Positions 50,847-59,945 of a stretch of DNA of 64,000 nucleotides are shown here, piece by piece. The notes beneath the pieces are model-generated. The model had not been told where the DNA came from and did no database searches. It was given only the letters and a program-made list of their open reading frames with translations. Location of the stretch: assembly GCA_025454925.1 (NCBI GenBank), contig JALONM010000008.1:12819-76818 (forward strand), in the 5' to 3' direction. How positions within the stretch are numbered: the stretch's first letter is position 1; every line of letters begins with the position of its first letter. The stretch comes from Cytophagaceae bacterium. Its GTDB lineage: Bacteria; Bacteroidota; Bacteroidia; Cytophagales; Cytophagaceae. Position numbers and translations under genes: made by a program.

Positions 50847-51023
50847 AATCCGGCTTTTCCCCCTGGAAGAGAAACACACCTTAAAGAAAATGGATGGTTT
50901 TTAATTCGTGGCAGGTAATCCAGACGTAGAATCTGAGGCTTCTTCCAAAACCTTCTTCCTGTTCCTTTTCTCCTCAAACCCTGCATGCTATTTTTCGTAC
51001 TCCATAGAAAAATTTCTTTGGAG
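50847..51023 (+). repeat. family C repeat, divergent copy f
   Basis: Retains AATCCGGCTTTTCC at the 5' end, GGTAATCC…AGA…TCTGAGGCTTC in the middle and the terminal CTCCATAGAAA…TTTCTTTGGAG hairpin. Confidence 0.5.
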
Positions 51024-51067
51024 CATTAATTTCCAAACTCCAACCCTCAATTCAAGACTTTATTAGA

Positions 51068-51178
51068 GGGCGTGTCCCTTCGTGGCGCCTTCAGCACCAC
51101 TGCGGGCCGGGCCATCGCTTCAAGTCCTCGTGGCGCCTTCAGCGCCACTCCGGGCTTTCCACTCTGTCCCTCACGCAA
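51068..51178 (+). repeat. family A repeat, copy 5
   Basis: Has both GTGGCGCCTTCAGC(A/G)CCAC hairpins and all three conserved blocks. Confidence 0.85.
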
Positions 51179-51353
51179 AGGAACCTTTTCCATAATGAAC
51201 CCCTTCGGCAAGAAAAGGTTTACCAGGTTTTCTTAATAAATCCAGAATAAACTATTACGAATTTTATGCATACGATCCATGGTGCAAGCATTGCTATGAT
51301 TAAAAAAATGGCTCTGTTCCCCGATAGGGTTGTTGAAATGAAAACCTCCAAGG

Positions 51354-51513
51354 ATTCATAGTACATATACTAGGAGTCGAAATCTCTTTATCAGAGCATG
51401 TTTCCTCGAATTTCCCCGTCGAAATACGGGTTAGTATTCCTTCCTCGTAAATATTTGCGGGAACTCACCCTGATGGTGAGCTTTCAGCTCTCGTTACAAT
51501 CTCTATTGTCTAT
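51354..51513 (-). mobile_element. MITE-like element, family B, copy 2 (inverted, degenerate ends)
   Basis: Its reverse complement aligns with 14520-14683 along its length. The terminal repeats are decayed. Confidence 0.65.
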
Positions 51514-51552
51514 TTACGGTTTAACAACCCAATGCGGGATTAAAGCCCCACC

Positions 51553-51604
51553 CACAAATGTTATGCATGCATAAAATAAATGCTATGCACGCATAACATT
51601 TGTG
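51553..51604. promoter_or_regulatory. 52-bp inverted repeat (two 21-nt arms, 20/21 complementary), candidate MarR operator
   Basis: CACAAATGTTATGCATGCATA -10 nt- TATGCACGCATAACATTTGTG, ending 62 nt upstream of the marR ATG. Each arm contains a 14-bp palindrome of the form TTATGC(A/G)TGCATA(A/G). Confidence 0.6.
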
Positions 51605-51666
51605 ATTGGGCATCGTACATAGTATAGAAGAAGAAACAACCGGGGAATAGCCGGTATTTGTGCCGC

Positions 51667-52101
51667 ATGAAACATACACCCACCATATGCTCTCATATTA
51701 AATTCGCCTGGCTGGCCATAGCCAGGATGTACAACGAAGAGGCAAGCAAGCATGGCATGAGTATTTCGGTTGGCTATGTATTATTAAACATAGATAAACA
51801 GTATGGTACTCCGGCCACCAAAATAGCACCTGCCCTGGGCATGGAAGCCACCAGCCTGAGCAGAATTTTAAAAAACCTGGAAGAAGATGGTCTCATCTAC
51901 AGGAAACAAGATGGCAACGACCGCCGATTGGTGAAAGTGTTTCTTACCGATAAAGGAAAAGAAGCAAAAGAGGTAGCCAAGAAAGTCGTAAAAAAATTTA
52001 ATGAAGTAATACGACAGGAAATTCCAGAAACAAAATTGCAGATTTTCACGGAAGTGATAGAAAAAATCAGTAGCATAGTCGTTGAAAAAAATATTTATTA
52101 G
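51667..52101 (+). CDS. MarR-family transcriptional regulator
   Basis: About 144 aa with a winged-helix segment (…ATKIAPALGMEATSLSRILKNLEEDGLIYRKQDGNDRR…). Confidence 0.9.
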   Translation: MKHTPTICSHIKFAWLAIARMYNEEASKHGMSISVGYVLLNIDKQYGTPATKIAPALGMEATSLSRILKNLEEDGLIYRKQDGNDRRLVKVFLTDKGKEAKEVAKKVVKKFNEVIRQEIPETKLQIFTEVIEKISSIVVEKNIY

Positions 52102-52178
52102 TCCGCCGGAACCTCAGTGACAAACACTTTACGTCCAAGGAAACAATATATAGAAGCAGATAACATTTTAGAGATACT

Positions 52179-54581
52179 ATGAAAAGGTTAATTAGAAAAG
52201 TGGCTGTACTAGGATCGGGGGTTATGGGTTCCCGCATCGCCTGCCATTTCGCCAACATTGGTCTGGAAGTTTTACTTCTGGACATTGTGCCTAAAGAGCC
52301 CAACGATGCTGAAAAAGCAAAAGGCTTAAGCCTGGAACATCCTTCGGTACGCAACCGGATTGTTAACGAGGCCTTGCAAACGGCCATTAAAACCAATCCG
52401 GCGCCTTTGTACGACAAATCTTTTGAATCGCGCATCACCACCGGGAATTTCGATGATCACATGAAAGAAATTGCCCACTGCGATTGGATCCTGGAAGCAG
52501 TAGTAGAAAACCTGGACATCAAAAAAATTGTTTTTACCCAGGTTGAAAAACATAGAAAGCCAGGCACACTCATCACATCCAACACCTCTGGCATTCCCAT
52601 TGGTCTGATGACAGAAGGCAGAAGCGAAGACTTCAGCAAACATTTTTGCGGAACGCACTTTTTCAATCCACCCAGGTATTTGAAATTATTTGAAGTGATT
52701 CCCGGACCACAAACCGATCCCGAAGTAATCTCCTTCTTAATGCACTATGCCGATCTCTATCTCGGTAAAACTCCCGTACTGTGCAAAGACACGCCTGCGT
52801 TTATTGCGAATCGCATTGGAATTTACGGATTGATGGAAACCTTGAAAGTAAGTTTGGAACTTGGACTCAGTGTGGAAGAAGTAGACAAACTTACCGGAAG
52901 CCTCATCGGAAGGCCAAAGTCAGCCACCTTCCGAACCATTGATGTAGTAGGACTCGATACACTTACCAAAGTAGCCAACAACCTCTACGCTGGTTTACCT
53001 CAAGACGAATCACGGGACTTGTTCAAGCTGCCAGAATTGCTGAGCTCGATGGAAGCGAAGCGCTGGTTGGGAGAAAAAACAAAACAAGGTTTTTATAAAA
53101 AAGTAACGAATGCGGAAGGAAAGTCTGAAATACTTTCCTTGAACATGAAAACCCTGGAATACGGACCCCAGGGAAAAACAAAATTTGCGACCCTCGAACA
53201 AACCAAAACCGTCGATGGCCTGAAGGAGCGCCTTCGTATCTTGTTTGCCGGAAGCGACAAAGCCGGTGAGTTTTTCAGGAAAACGTTCCTGGGGCTTTTC
53301 CAATATGTTTCGCACCGCATTCCGGAAATATCCGATGAGCTCTACCGCATTGATGCCGCCATGTGCGCAGGATTCGGCTGGGAAAAAGGTCCGTTTGAAA
53401 CCTGGGATATTCTGGGTATTGAAACCTGTGTAAAAAAGATAGAAGAGTCGGGCGGAAAAGTGGCGGCCTGGGTGCACGACATGCTGGCTGCCGGACATAA
53501 AAAATTCTACCTGGTTGAAAACGGCAATCGCCATTATTACGACATTCCTTCCAAAAGCTATAAAGTAATTCCAGGCACCGAGTCGTTCATTATTCTCGAT
53601 AATCTGCGAGGCAATAAAAAAGTATGGGGCAATGCAGGAGCCACGCTGCACGACATCGGCGATGGCATTGTAAACCTGGAGTTCCATACCAAAATGAATA
53701 CCCTCGGAAGTGAGGTAGTAGAGGGCATCAACAAATCCATTGCCCTGGCAGAAAAAGATTTCAGAGGCCTGGTCATCGGTAACGACGGCGAAAATTTTTC
53801 TGCCGGAGCCAACCTGGCGCTGCTTCTGATGTATGCCATCGAGCAAGAATACGATGAAATTGATTTCATGATCCGTGCCTTTCAGAATACCATGATGCGC
53901 GCCCGTTACTCTGCCGTACCGGTGGTGGTGGCTCCTCATACGCTTGCCTTGGGTGGAGGCTGTGAGCTTACCTTGCATGCCGACAAAGTAGTGGCCTCGG
54001 CTGAATTGTATATGGGGCTGGTGGAATTTGGCGTCGGCTTGATACCTGCGGGTGGTGGCACCAAAGAAATGACGTTGCGCGTTTCCGAATCACTGGAAGA
54101 AGGAGATATCATTCTTAACAACCTTCGAAACGCTTATATGAATATTGCCATGGCAAAAGTTTCTACTTCGGCCATGGAAGCCAAAGGCATGAATTACCTG
54201 CGACGCGGCGACGAAATCGTACTCAGCAGAAGTCGACTCCTAGCAGATGCTAAGCGCGCAGCCATTGAAATGGCAGAAGCTGGCTATACGCAGAAAAAAC
54301 AACGCAAAGACATCCGTGTCCTTGGTCGCTCCGCCCTTGGAATGTTTTTGGCCGGCGCCAATACCATGGTTTCTGGAAAATACATCTCCGAGCACGATCG
54401 TAAAATTTCCGAGAAGCTCGCATGGATTATGTGCGGCGGTGATTTATCAGCGCCCACCTTAGTGTCGGAGCAATATCTGCTCGACCTGGAGCGAGAGGCA
54501 TTCCTTTCACTCACCGGTGAAAAGAAAACACTGGAAAGAATACAAAGCATTCTGACCAGTGGAAAACCCTTGCGAAACTAA
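52179..54581 (+). CDS. 3-hydroxyacyl-CoA dehydrogenase / enoyl-CoA hydratase family protein
   Basis: 800 aa with an N-terminal NAD-binding motif VAVLGSGVMGSRIA and a C-terminal crotonase-like region (…NFSAGANL…). Confidence 0.92.
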   Translation: MKRLIRKVAVLGSGVMGSRIACHFANIGLEVLLLDIVPKEPNDAEKAKGLSLEHPSVRNRIVNEALQTAIKTNPAPLYDKSFESRITTGNFDDHMKEIAHCDWILEAVVENLDIKKIVFTQVEKHRKPGTLITSNTSGIPIGLMTEGRSEDFSKHFCGTHFFNPPRYLKLFEVIPGPQTDPEVISFLMHYADLYLGKTPVLCKDTPAFIANRIGIYGLMETLKVSLELGLSVEEVDKLTGSLIGRPKSATFRTIDVVGLDTLTKVANNLYAGLPQDESRDLFKLPELLSSMEAKRWLGEKTKQGFYKKVTNAEGKSEILSLNMKTLEYGPQGKTKFATLEQTKTVDGLKERLRILFAGSDKAGEFFRKTFLGLFQYVSHRIPEISDELYRIDAAMCAGFGWEKGPFETWDILGIETCVKKIEESGGKVAAWVHDMLAAGHKKFYLVENGNRHYYDIPSKSYKVIPGTESFIILDNLRGNKKVWGNAGATLHDIGDGIVNLEFHTKMNTLGSEVVEGINKSIALAEKDFRGLVIGNDGENFSAGANLALLLMYAIEQEYDEIDFMIRAFQNTMMRARYSAVPVVVAPHTLALGGGCELTLHADKVVASAELYMGLVEFGVGLIPAGGGTKEMTLRVSESLEEGDIILNNLRNAYMNIAMAKVSTSAMEAKGMNYLRRGDEIVLSRSRLLADAKRAAIEMAEAGYTQKKQRKDIRVLGRSALGMFLAGANTMVSGKYISEHDRKISEKLAWIMCGGDLSAPTLVSEQYLLDLEREAFLSLTGEKKTLERIQSILTSGKPLRN

Positions 54582-54672
54582 TGGCTGGTAGCAGCCTGTG
54601 ATAGAGAAAAAAGTAGTGGCGGGTATGCATAACCGCTCGCTGAATATGTAAAATGTATACTGAACGATTTTT

Positions 54673-55854
54673 ATGAAAGAAGTGTATATCGTTGCCGCTT
54701 ATAGAACTGCTGTTGGCAAAGCCCCACGTGGACTATTCCGTTTCACTCGTCCGGATGATTTGGGTATCGAAGTGCTCCGATACATTATGTCCAAATTACC
54801 TCAGATCGACAAACATCTGATCGACGATGTAATTGCCGGCAATGCCACACCAGAGGCAGAGCAAGGCCTCAACATAGGCCGTATGATTGCCCTCATGGGA
54901 CTGGATACTTACAAAGTGCCGGGAATGACCGTAAACCGCTATTGTTCTTCCGGTCTGGAAACCATCGCCATCGCCGATGCTAAAATCAAAGCGGGCTACG
55001 GCAATATCATTCTCGCGGGAGGCGTGGAATCTATGAGTCCGATTCCTTTTGGGGGTTGGAAAATTGTTCCCAATTATGAAATCGCCAAATCCAATGCCGA
55101 CTATTATTGGGGCATGGGACTTACGGCCGAAGCGGTGGCTGAACAGTTCAAGATTTCGAGAGAAGACCAGGACCAGTTCGCTTTTCTTTCTCATAAAAAA
55201 GCCGTTGAAGCAATCAAAAATAATTTGTTTGCCGACGACATTGTACCGGTCACCGTGAAAGAAGTATACCTGGATGAAAAAGAAAAAAGAAAAACACGTG
55301 AGTATACCGTTACCCAGGACGAAGGACCAAGAGCCGATACAAGCCTCGAAGCCCTCGCAAAATTAAAACCTGTTTTTGCCAACGGTGGTTCGGTGACTGC
55401 CGGCAATTCCTCCCAGACTTCCGATGGAGCTGCTTTTCTGATGCTTGTTTCCGGCGACATGGTAAAACAACTCAACCTTACTCCTATTGCCCGCCTTATG
55501 AGCTACGCCGTGGCTGGGGTAGAACCACGCATTATGGGTATAGGTCCGGTAGAGGCCATTCCCAAAGCAGTAAAACAAGCCGGCATAAAACTGGAAGATA
55601 TTGACCTGATTGAATTGAACGAAGCTTTTGCCTCACAATCCTTGGCAGTAATTCGCGAAACTGGATTAAATCCGGAAAAAGTGAACGTAAATGGCGGCGC
55701 TATTTCGCTGGGACATCCATTGGGTTGCACCGGAGCAAAACTCTCGGTTCAGTTGTTCAACGAAATGAGACGCCGCAAAAACAAATACGGCATGGTTACC
55801 ATGTGCGTAGGTACCGGACAAGGTGCCGCCGGAATATTTGAACTATTGAATTAA
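54673..55854 (+). CDS. acetyl-CoA C-acyltransferase (thiolase)
   Basis: 393 aa with the active-site segments NRYCSSGLE, …NEAFA… and …GHPLGCTG…. Confidence 0.95.
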   Translation: MKEVYIVAAYRTAVGKAPRGLFRFTRPDDLGIEVLRYIMSKLPQIDKHLIDDVIAGNATPEAEQGLNIGRMIALMGLDTYKVPGMTVNRYCSSGLETIAIADAKIKAGYGNIILAGGVESMSPIPFGGWKIVPNYEIAKSNADYYWGMGLTAEAVAEQFKISREDQDQFAFLSHKKAVEAIKNNLFADDIVPVTVKEVYLDEKEKRKTREYTVTQDEGPRADTSLEALAKLKPVFANGGSVTAGNSSQTSDGAAFLMLVSGDMVKQLNLTPIARLMSYAVAGVEPRIMGIGPVEAIPKAVKQAGIKLEDIDLIELNEAFASQSLAVIRETGLNPEKVNVNGGAISLGHPLGCTGAKLSVQLFNEMRRRKNKYGMVTMCVGTGQGAAGIFELLN

Positions 55855-55877
55855 GGACACCTAAAATGGCCCGAAGA

Positions 55878-55898
55878 AAATGCTATGCACGCATAACA
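55878..55898. promoter_or_regulatory. third copy of the MarR-associated palindrome, upstream of the acyl-CoA dehydrogenase gene
   Basis: AAATGCTATGCACGCATAACA is identical over 21 nt to 51578-51598. It lies 51 nt upstream of the ATG at 55949. Confidence 0.55.
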
Positions 55899-55948
55899 AT
55901 TTTCTTTCCGGATCGTAAAATAATAATGAAACGAAGCAACAATATAGT

Positions 55949-57727
55949 ATGAGCACTTCTGTCGTATCTAAACTTAAAGGAGGCGAGTTCCTTCTTAAGT
56001 TCACCAACTTCACCGATGTATTTATTCCGGAGGAATGGAATGAAGAACAAAAAATGATGTCCGACATGACCCGCGATTTTTTGGCGCACGAAGTGCTTCC
56101 GCACCTGGATGCCATTGATCGCCAGGATGAAGGGCTCATGCAGAAATTACTCGATAAAGCAGGTGAACTGGGCTTACTGGGCACTTCCATTCCGGAAAAA
56201 TACAACGGCTTTGGAAAAGACTTTAATACCTCCCTGCTGATTACAGAAGTAGTAGGCGGCGGACACTCGTTTGCTGTGGCTCTGGCAGCCCATACCGGCA
56301 TCGGAATGTTGCCTATCTTATATTTCGGTAACGAAGCCCAAAAAGCTATATATTTGCCGAAACTTTCTACCGGTGAACTGAAAGCCAGTTATTGCCTTAC
56401 CGAACCCGGTTCTGGTTCGGATGCACTGGCGGCCAAAACCAAGGCGGTGTTATCGGCAGACGGTAAGCACTACATCCTGAATGGACAGAAGATGTGGATC
56501 ACCAACGCCGGTTTTGCGGATGTATTCATCGTCTTCGCTCAGATTGACGGCGATAAATTCACAGGCTTCATCGTTGAAAAAGGTCCAGGCGTGAGTCTTG
56601 GAAACGAAGAGCACAAAATGGGTATCAAAGGCTCTTCTACCCGCCAGGTATTCTTCAACGATTGTCATGTGCCCGTAGAAAATGTGCTGGGCCAGATTGG
56701 CAAAGGACACCTCATCGCGTTCAACATCCTGAACATTGGCCGTATTAAACTGGCGGCGGCGGCTTTGGGTGCTTCCAAACGCACTTGCACGCTGGCCATC
56801 CAATACGCCAAAGAACGTCAGCAATTCAAACAAGCCATTGCAAACTTTGGTGCCATTCAACATAAATTGGCCGAAATGGCGATTCAGATGTATGCCTGCG
56901 AATCGGCACTCTATAGAGCCGGTGCCCATATTCACGAAGCAGAAGAACGCTATCAGTCAGAAGGAAAATCGTATGAAGAAGCATTATTACAAGCCGCTTC
57001 AGACTTTGCCATCGAATGTGCTATTCTAAAAGTAGCAGGCTCTGAGGTATTGGATTTTGTAGTAGACGAAGGGGTACAAGTATTTGGTGGTTACGGCTTC
57101 TCCGCCGACTACCCCATGGATCGTGCGTACCGCGACTCAAGAATCAACCGGATTTTCGAAGGCACCAACGAAATCAACCGCATGCTTACCATGGACATGC
57201 TTTTCAAACGTGCCATGAAAGGTGAGTTGGATGTGATGAGCGCTGTGATGGCCGTGCAGAAAGAACTTACCTCCATACCCGATTTTGGTGCGGAAGAAGA
57301 AGGGCTGTTTGTAGCCGAGAAAAAAGTCATTCAGAATATGAAAAAAGTTGTGCTGATGGCTGCCGGTGCTGCTGCACAGAAATACATGGAAAAACTTTCC
57401 GGCGAACAGGAAATTCTGATGAACCTTGCCGATATCTGCATCTGGACTTATATGGCGGAATCGGCGCTGTTACGCACCGAAAAACTCGTATCCATGCGTG
57501 GTGAATCCCATTGCAGTCACGAAATTGACATGACTCGCGTATACCTGAACGATGCGGTAGACAAAGTAGCCAAAGCAGGCCGTGAAGCTGTAAATTCAAT
57601 GATGGATGGCGATATGCAGCGCATGATGCTGATGGGTGTAAAGAGATTTACGAAAACATCACCGCTCAATACCAAGGACGCACGCAGAAGAATTGCCGCC
57701 AAACTAATTGCCGACGGCAAATGCTAA
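55949..57727 (+). CDS. acyl-CoA dehydrogenase family protein (long form)
   Basis: 592 aa with ACAD motifs (…CLTEPGSGSDA…, …RIFEGTNEI…) and a C-terminal extension. Confidence 0.92.
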   Translation: MSTSVVSKLKGGEFLLKFTNFTDVFIPEEWNEEQKMMSDMTRDFLAHEVLPHLDAIDRQDEGLMQKLLDKAGELGLLGTSIPEKYNGFGKDFNTSLLITEVVGGGHSFAVALAAHTGIGMLPILYFGNEAQKAIYLPKLSTGELKASYCLTEPGSGSDALAAKTKAVLSADGKHYILNGQKMWITNAGFADVFIVFAQIDGDKFTGFIVEKGPGVSLGNEEHKMGIKGSSTRQVFFNDCHVPVENVLGQIGKGHLIAFNILNIGRIKLAAAALGASKRTCTLAIQYAKERQQFKQAIANFGAIQHKLAEMAIQMYACESALYRAGAHIHEAEERYQSEGKSYEEALLQAASDFAIECAILKVAGSEVLDFVVDEGVQVFGGYGFSADYPMDRAYRDSRINRIFEGTNEINRMLTMDMLFKRAMKGELDVMSAVMAVQKELTSIPDFGAEEEGLFVAEKKVIQNMKKVVLMAAGAAAQKYMEKLSGEQEILMNLADICIWTYMAESALLRTEKLVSMRGESHCSHEIDMTRVYLNDAVDKVAKAGREAVNSMMDGDMQRMMLMGVKRFTKTSPLNTKDARRRIAAKLIADGKC

Positions 57728-57736
57728 AGACGATTC

Positions 57737-57903
57737 AACCGGCTCTTCTCTATAGAAGCCAAGCGCACCCTGGAGAACGTGCATGGATGGTGGCCGGTAA
57801 CACCGATATAGAAACTCAGGAACTTAGAAAATAATTTCTTCTGAAGCCCCTGAGTTCAGTTGACGTTTTTCCATAGAAGAACTTGTATGGAAAATTTAGG
57901 ATT
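57737..57903 (+). repeat. family C repeat, copy c
   Basis: Starts 10 nt after the acyl-CoA dehydrogenase stop and ends just before the terminator at 57914-57946. Confidence 0.75.
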
Positions 57904-57913
57904 CTAATATTAG

Positions 57914-57946
57914 AAAAGGCTACGGATCGCTCGCGTAGCCTTTTTC
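57914..57946 (+). terminator. intrinsic terminator of the beta-oxidation operon
   Basis: AAAAGGCTACG-gatcgctcg-CGTAGCCTTTTT. Confidence 0.8.
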
Positions 57947-58280
57947 ATTTTTTTCTAAAACTTCTACACTAAAATTCGATTTCTAGATCTTAGCAAGTCA
58001 AGAACCCATTTGTAATGTACATTCTCTAAAGGTACGTCTTGCATCCTTCATTCCATGTATTTCGTTATTGCTGTTTGGATTATATTTTTTGCTTACCCAA
58101 AAAGTATATCAAAAACTTAAGATCAGCGCCAGTGAGAACCATTGGTCTTTATTTATTGACCGTTTAGTAATTGAAAAACACCCGAACCTCATTTATATCA
58201 GGAAGATTCCTATCTTGCCTTTTTCCCCTCCCATGCAAGGAAGGCAAACAACATAATTTTTAAAATTAATCCACTCAACG

Positions 58281-58727
58281 ATGACTACTATTGAAAACAA
58301 TGCTTCCGGCGCCCACCCTGAAATCGATACTCGCGTGTTACTTTCTACTCTATGGTTGTTTGCTACCCTCAATTATGCCTATTGCGATATCTTTACGCTT
58401 TTCCATTCCGAAGATTTAAAAAATTTCATTGCCGGAAAAGTAGGAGACATGATCATCAACCAGGATTTTTTGCTTACGTTCGCTATCGTTCTGGAAGTGC
58501 CTATTCTTCTTATTCTCCTTTCCAGGGTTTTGCCATTTACATTCAATCGCATCGCAAACATGGGTGCAGGTATTTTAATGACCATTGTACAAACCGGATC
58601 TCTATTCTCTTCGGGGATACCCACCAAACACTATATCTTTTTTAGTGTTATCGAGATTTCGGTTACTGTTTTTATAACCATCCTGGCCATCCGCTGGAAA
58701 CAAGAATCCACGAAGCTTGCGGCCTAA
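58281..58727 (+). CDS. small 4-TM membrane protein (paralogue of 61336-61767)
   Basis: 148 aa. Its LSTLWLFATLNYAYCDIF segment matches LAALWASFMFLYIYVDYF in the paralogue. It may be DUF6326-like (from memory, unverified). Confidence 0.55.
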   Translation: MTTIENNASGAHPEIDTRVLLSTLWLFATLNYAYCDIFTLFHSEDLKNFIAGKVGDMIINQDFLLTFAIVLEVPILLILLSRVLPFTFNRIANMGAGILMTIVQTGSLFSSGIPTKHYIFFSVIEISVTVFITILAIRWKQESTKLAA

Positions 58728-58815
58728 TCCCTGCACTTTTTTGAATCGGAGAATAGCATCTCCCGATGACAGAATCGGTTGATTGCTTCGTGTAGGATCA
58801 AAAAATTTAAATTTA

Positions 58816-58988
58816 AACCGGCTTTTCTCCATAGTGCGCTTCGCTTCTATGGAGAAAGCTCATGGATCGTAGATCCAGGACCGGCAATCCCGACTTAGAA
58901 AATAATTTCCTTTATTCGATTCCTTCTGAAGCCCTTGATTTTAGTAGTCGTTTTTCAATAGGAGAATTTCTACTGAAAAAGTAGGGTT
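58816..58988 (+). repeat. family C repeat, copy d (first hairpin inverted)
   Basis: Has the same modules as copy a. Positions 58827-58854 are the reverse complement of 23523-23550, matching at 27 of 28 nt. Confidence 0.8.
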
Positions 58989-59280
58989 AAAACCAGTATT
59001 TCAATTTTGCCGTTTATAGGATAATACCGGAATAGTGAAGTCATTTCCACGAAAGTATTTTCCATACGGAATTATGTCTGCTAACTTCGTTTACCAAAGC
59101 AGAACTTTGTGGTTCCATGGCTGGTATCGAGGTGTAGAACATTCATGGGCTTTGAATAGAATTTCGCATCGGTCAAATGCTTCTATTGCCCCCAATTAGT
59201 TTGATTAAAGATTTTTGGTAAATTCACCGCATGCCAGCGGCATAAAGGCAGGCAAAACAAAAACGTGTAACTAGGTAATC

Positions 59281-59859
59281 ATGCAAAACTTACTTTTTGA
59301 TTTTATCTCTAAATACATCACTCTTACTGAAGAGGAAAAAGAGGTGTTACTTTCCTTAGACTTGTTTCGCTCTGTAAAAAAGGGTACTATATTACTCAAA
59401 GAAGGACAAAAATCGAAAGAAAGCTATTTTGTATTGAAAGGATGTATTCGTGTATATTATATTTTAGATAGCGAAGAAAAGACAACTGCCTTTTACACCG
59501 AAATGGAAGCCTTGAGCCCTCCATGCGTTGTCAATAAAACCCCCTCCGATTACTACGTGAGTTGCATGGAAGATGGTATTCTTCTCGTTTCCAATTCCGA
59601 CATGGAAATGGAAGTGAACAGCAAATTTCCAAAGTTTGAACTGATGTGCAGGAGAATGTCAGAAGAATTATTAGCCAAAGAGCGAATTGATTTTGACGAA
59701 TTCAAGACTTCTTCTCCCGAACAACGATACCTCAACTTACTGCAAAAAAGACCAGACCTCGTTCAACGAGTACCTCAACACCAATTAGCAAGCTTTTTAG
59801 GCATTCAACCACAATCGTTGAGCAGACTAAGGGCTAGAATTCATGAAAAGAAAAGCTAA
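59281..59859 (+). CDS. Crp/Fnr-family transcriptional regulator
   Basis: 192 aa with a cNMP-binding-like beta-barrel (…LLKEGQKSKESYFVLKGCIRVY…) and a C-terminal HTH (…QLASFLGIQPQSLSRLR…). Confidence 0.88.
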   Translation: MQNLLFDFISKYITLTEEEKEVLLSLDLFRSVKKGTILLKEGQKSKESYFVLKGCIRVYYILDSEEKTTAFYTEMEALSPPCVVNKTPSDYYVSCMEDGILLVSNSDMEMEVNSKFPKFELMCRRMSEELLAKERIDFDEFKTSSPEQRYLNLLQKRPDLVQRVPQHQLASFLGIQPQSLSRLRARIHEKKS

Positions 59860-59869
59860 TACTCTTTTC

Positions 59870-59886
59870 TTAACGTAAGTGAACGT
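59870..59886 (+). promoter_or_regulatory. conserved 17-nt motif TTAACGTAAGTGAACGT upstream of first beta-barrel gene
   Basis: The motif recurs as TTAACTTAAGTGAATGT at 60615-60631. Both copies lie 36-37 nt upstream of a TAnnTTT(G/A) -7-like box. Confidence 0.4.
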
Positions 59887-59945
59887 TTTGTAGACCCCTT
59901 ACGATCTACTTTTGCCATATCGTTTTACAACAAATAAAAAAGGAT

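Noticed and set aside
53010-53978. 322-aa minus-strand ORF
   Set aside because: It is antisense to the 3-hydroxyacyl-CoA dehydrogenase gene, which has clear motifs. The antisense translation is low-complexity with no family features.
4314-58988. Whether the dispersed A/B/C repeats could be a CRISPR array or array remnants
   Set aside because: The copies are kilobases apart, in separate intergenic regions, of unequal length and in both orientations. There is no regular repeat-spacer periodicity and no cas genes.
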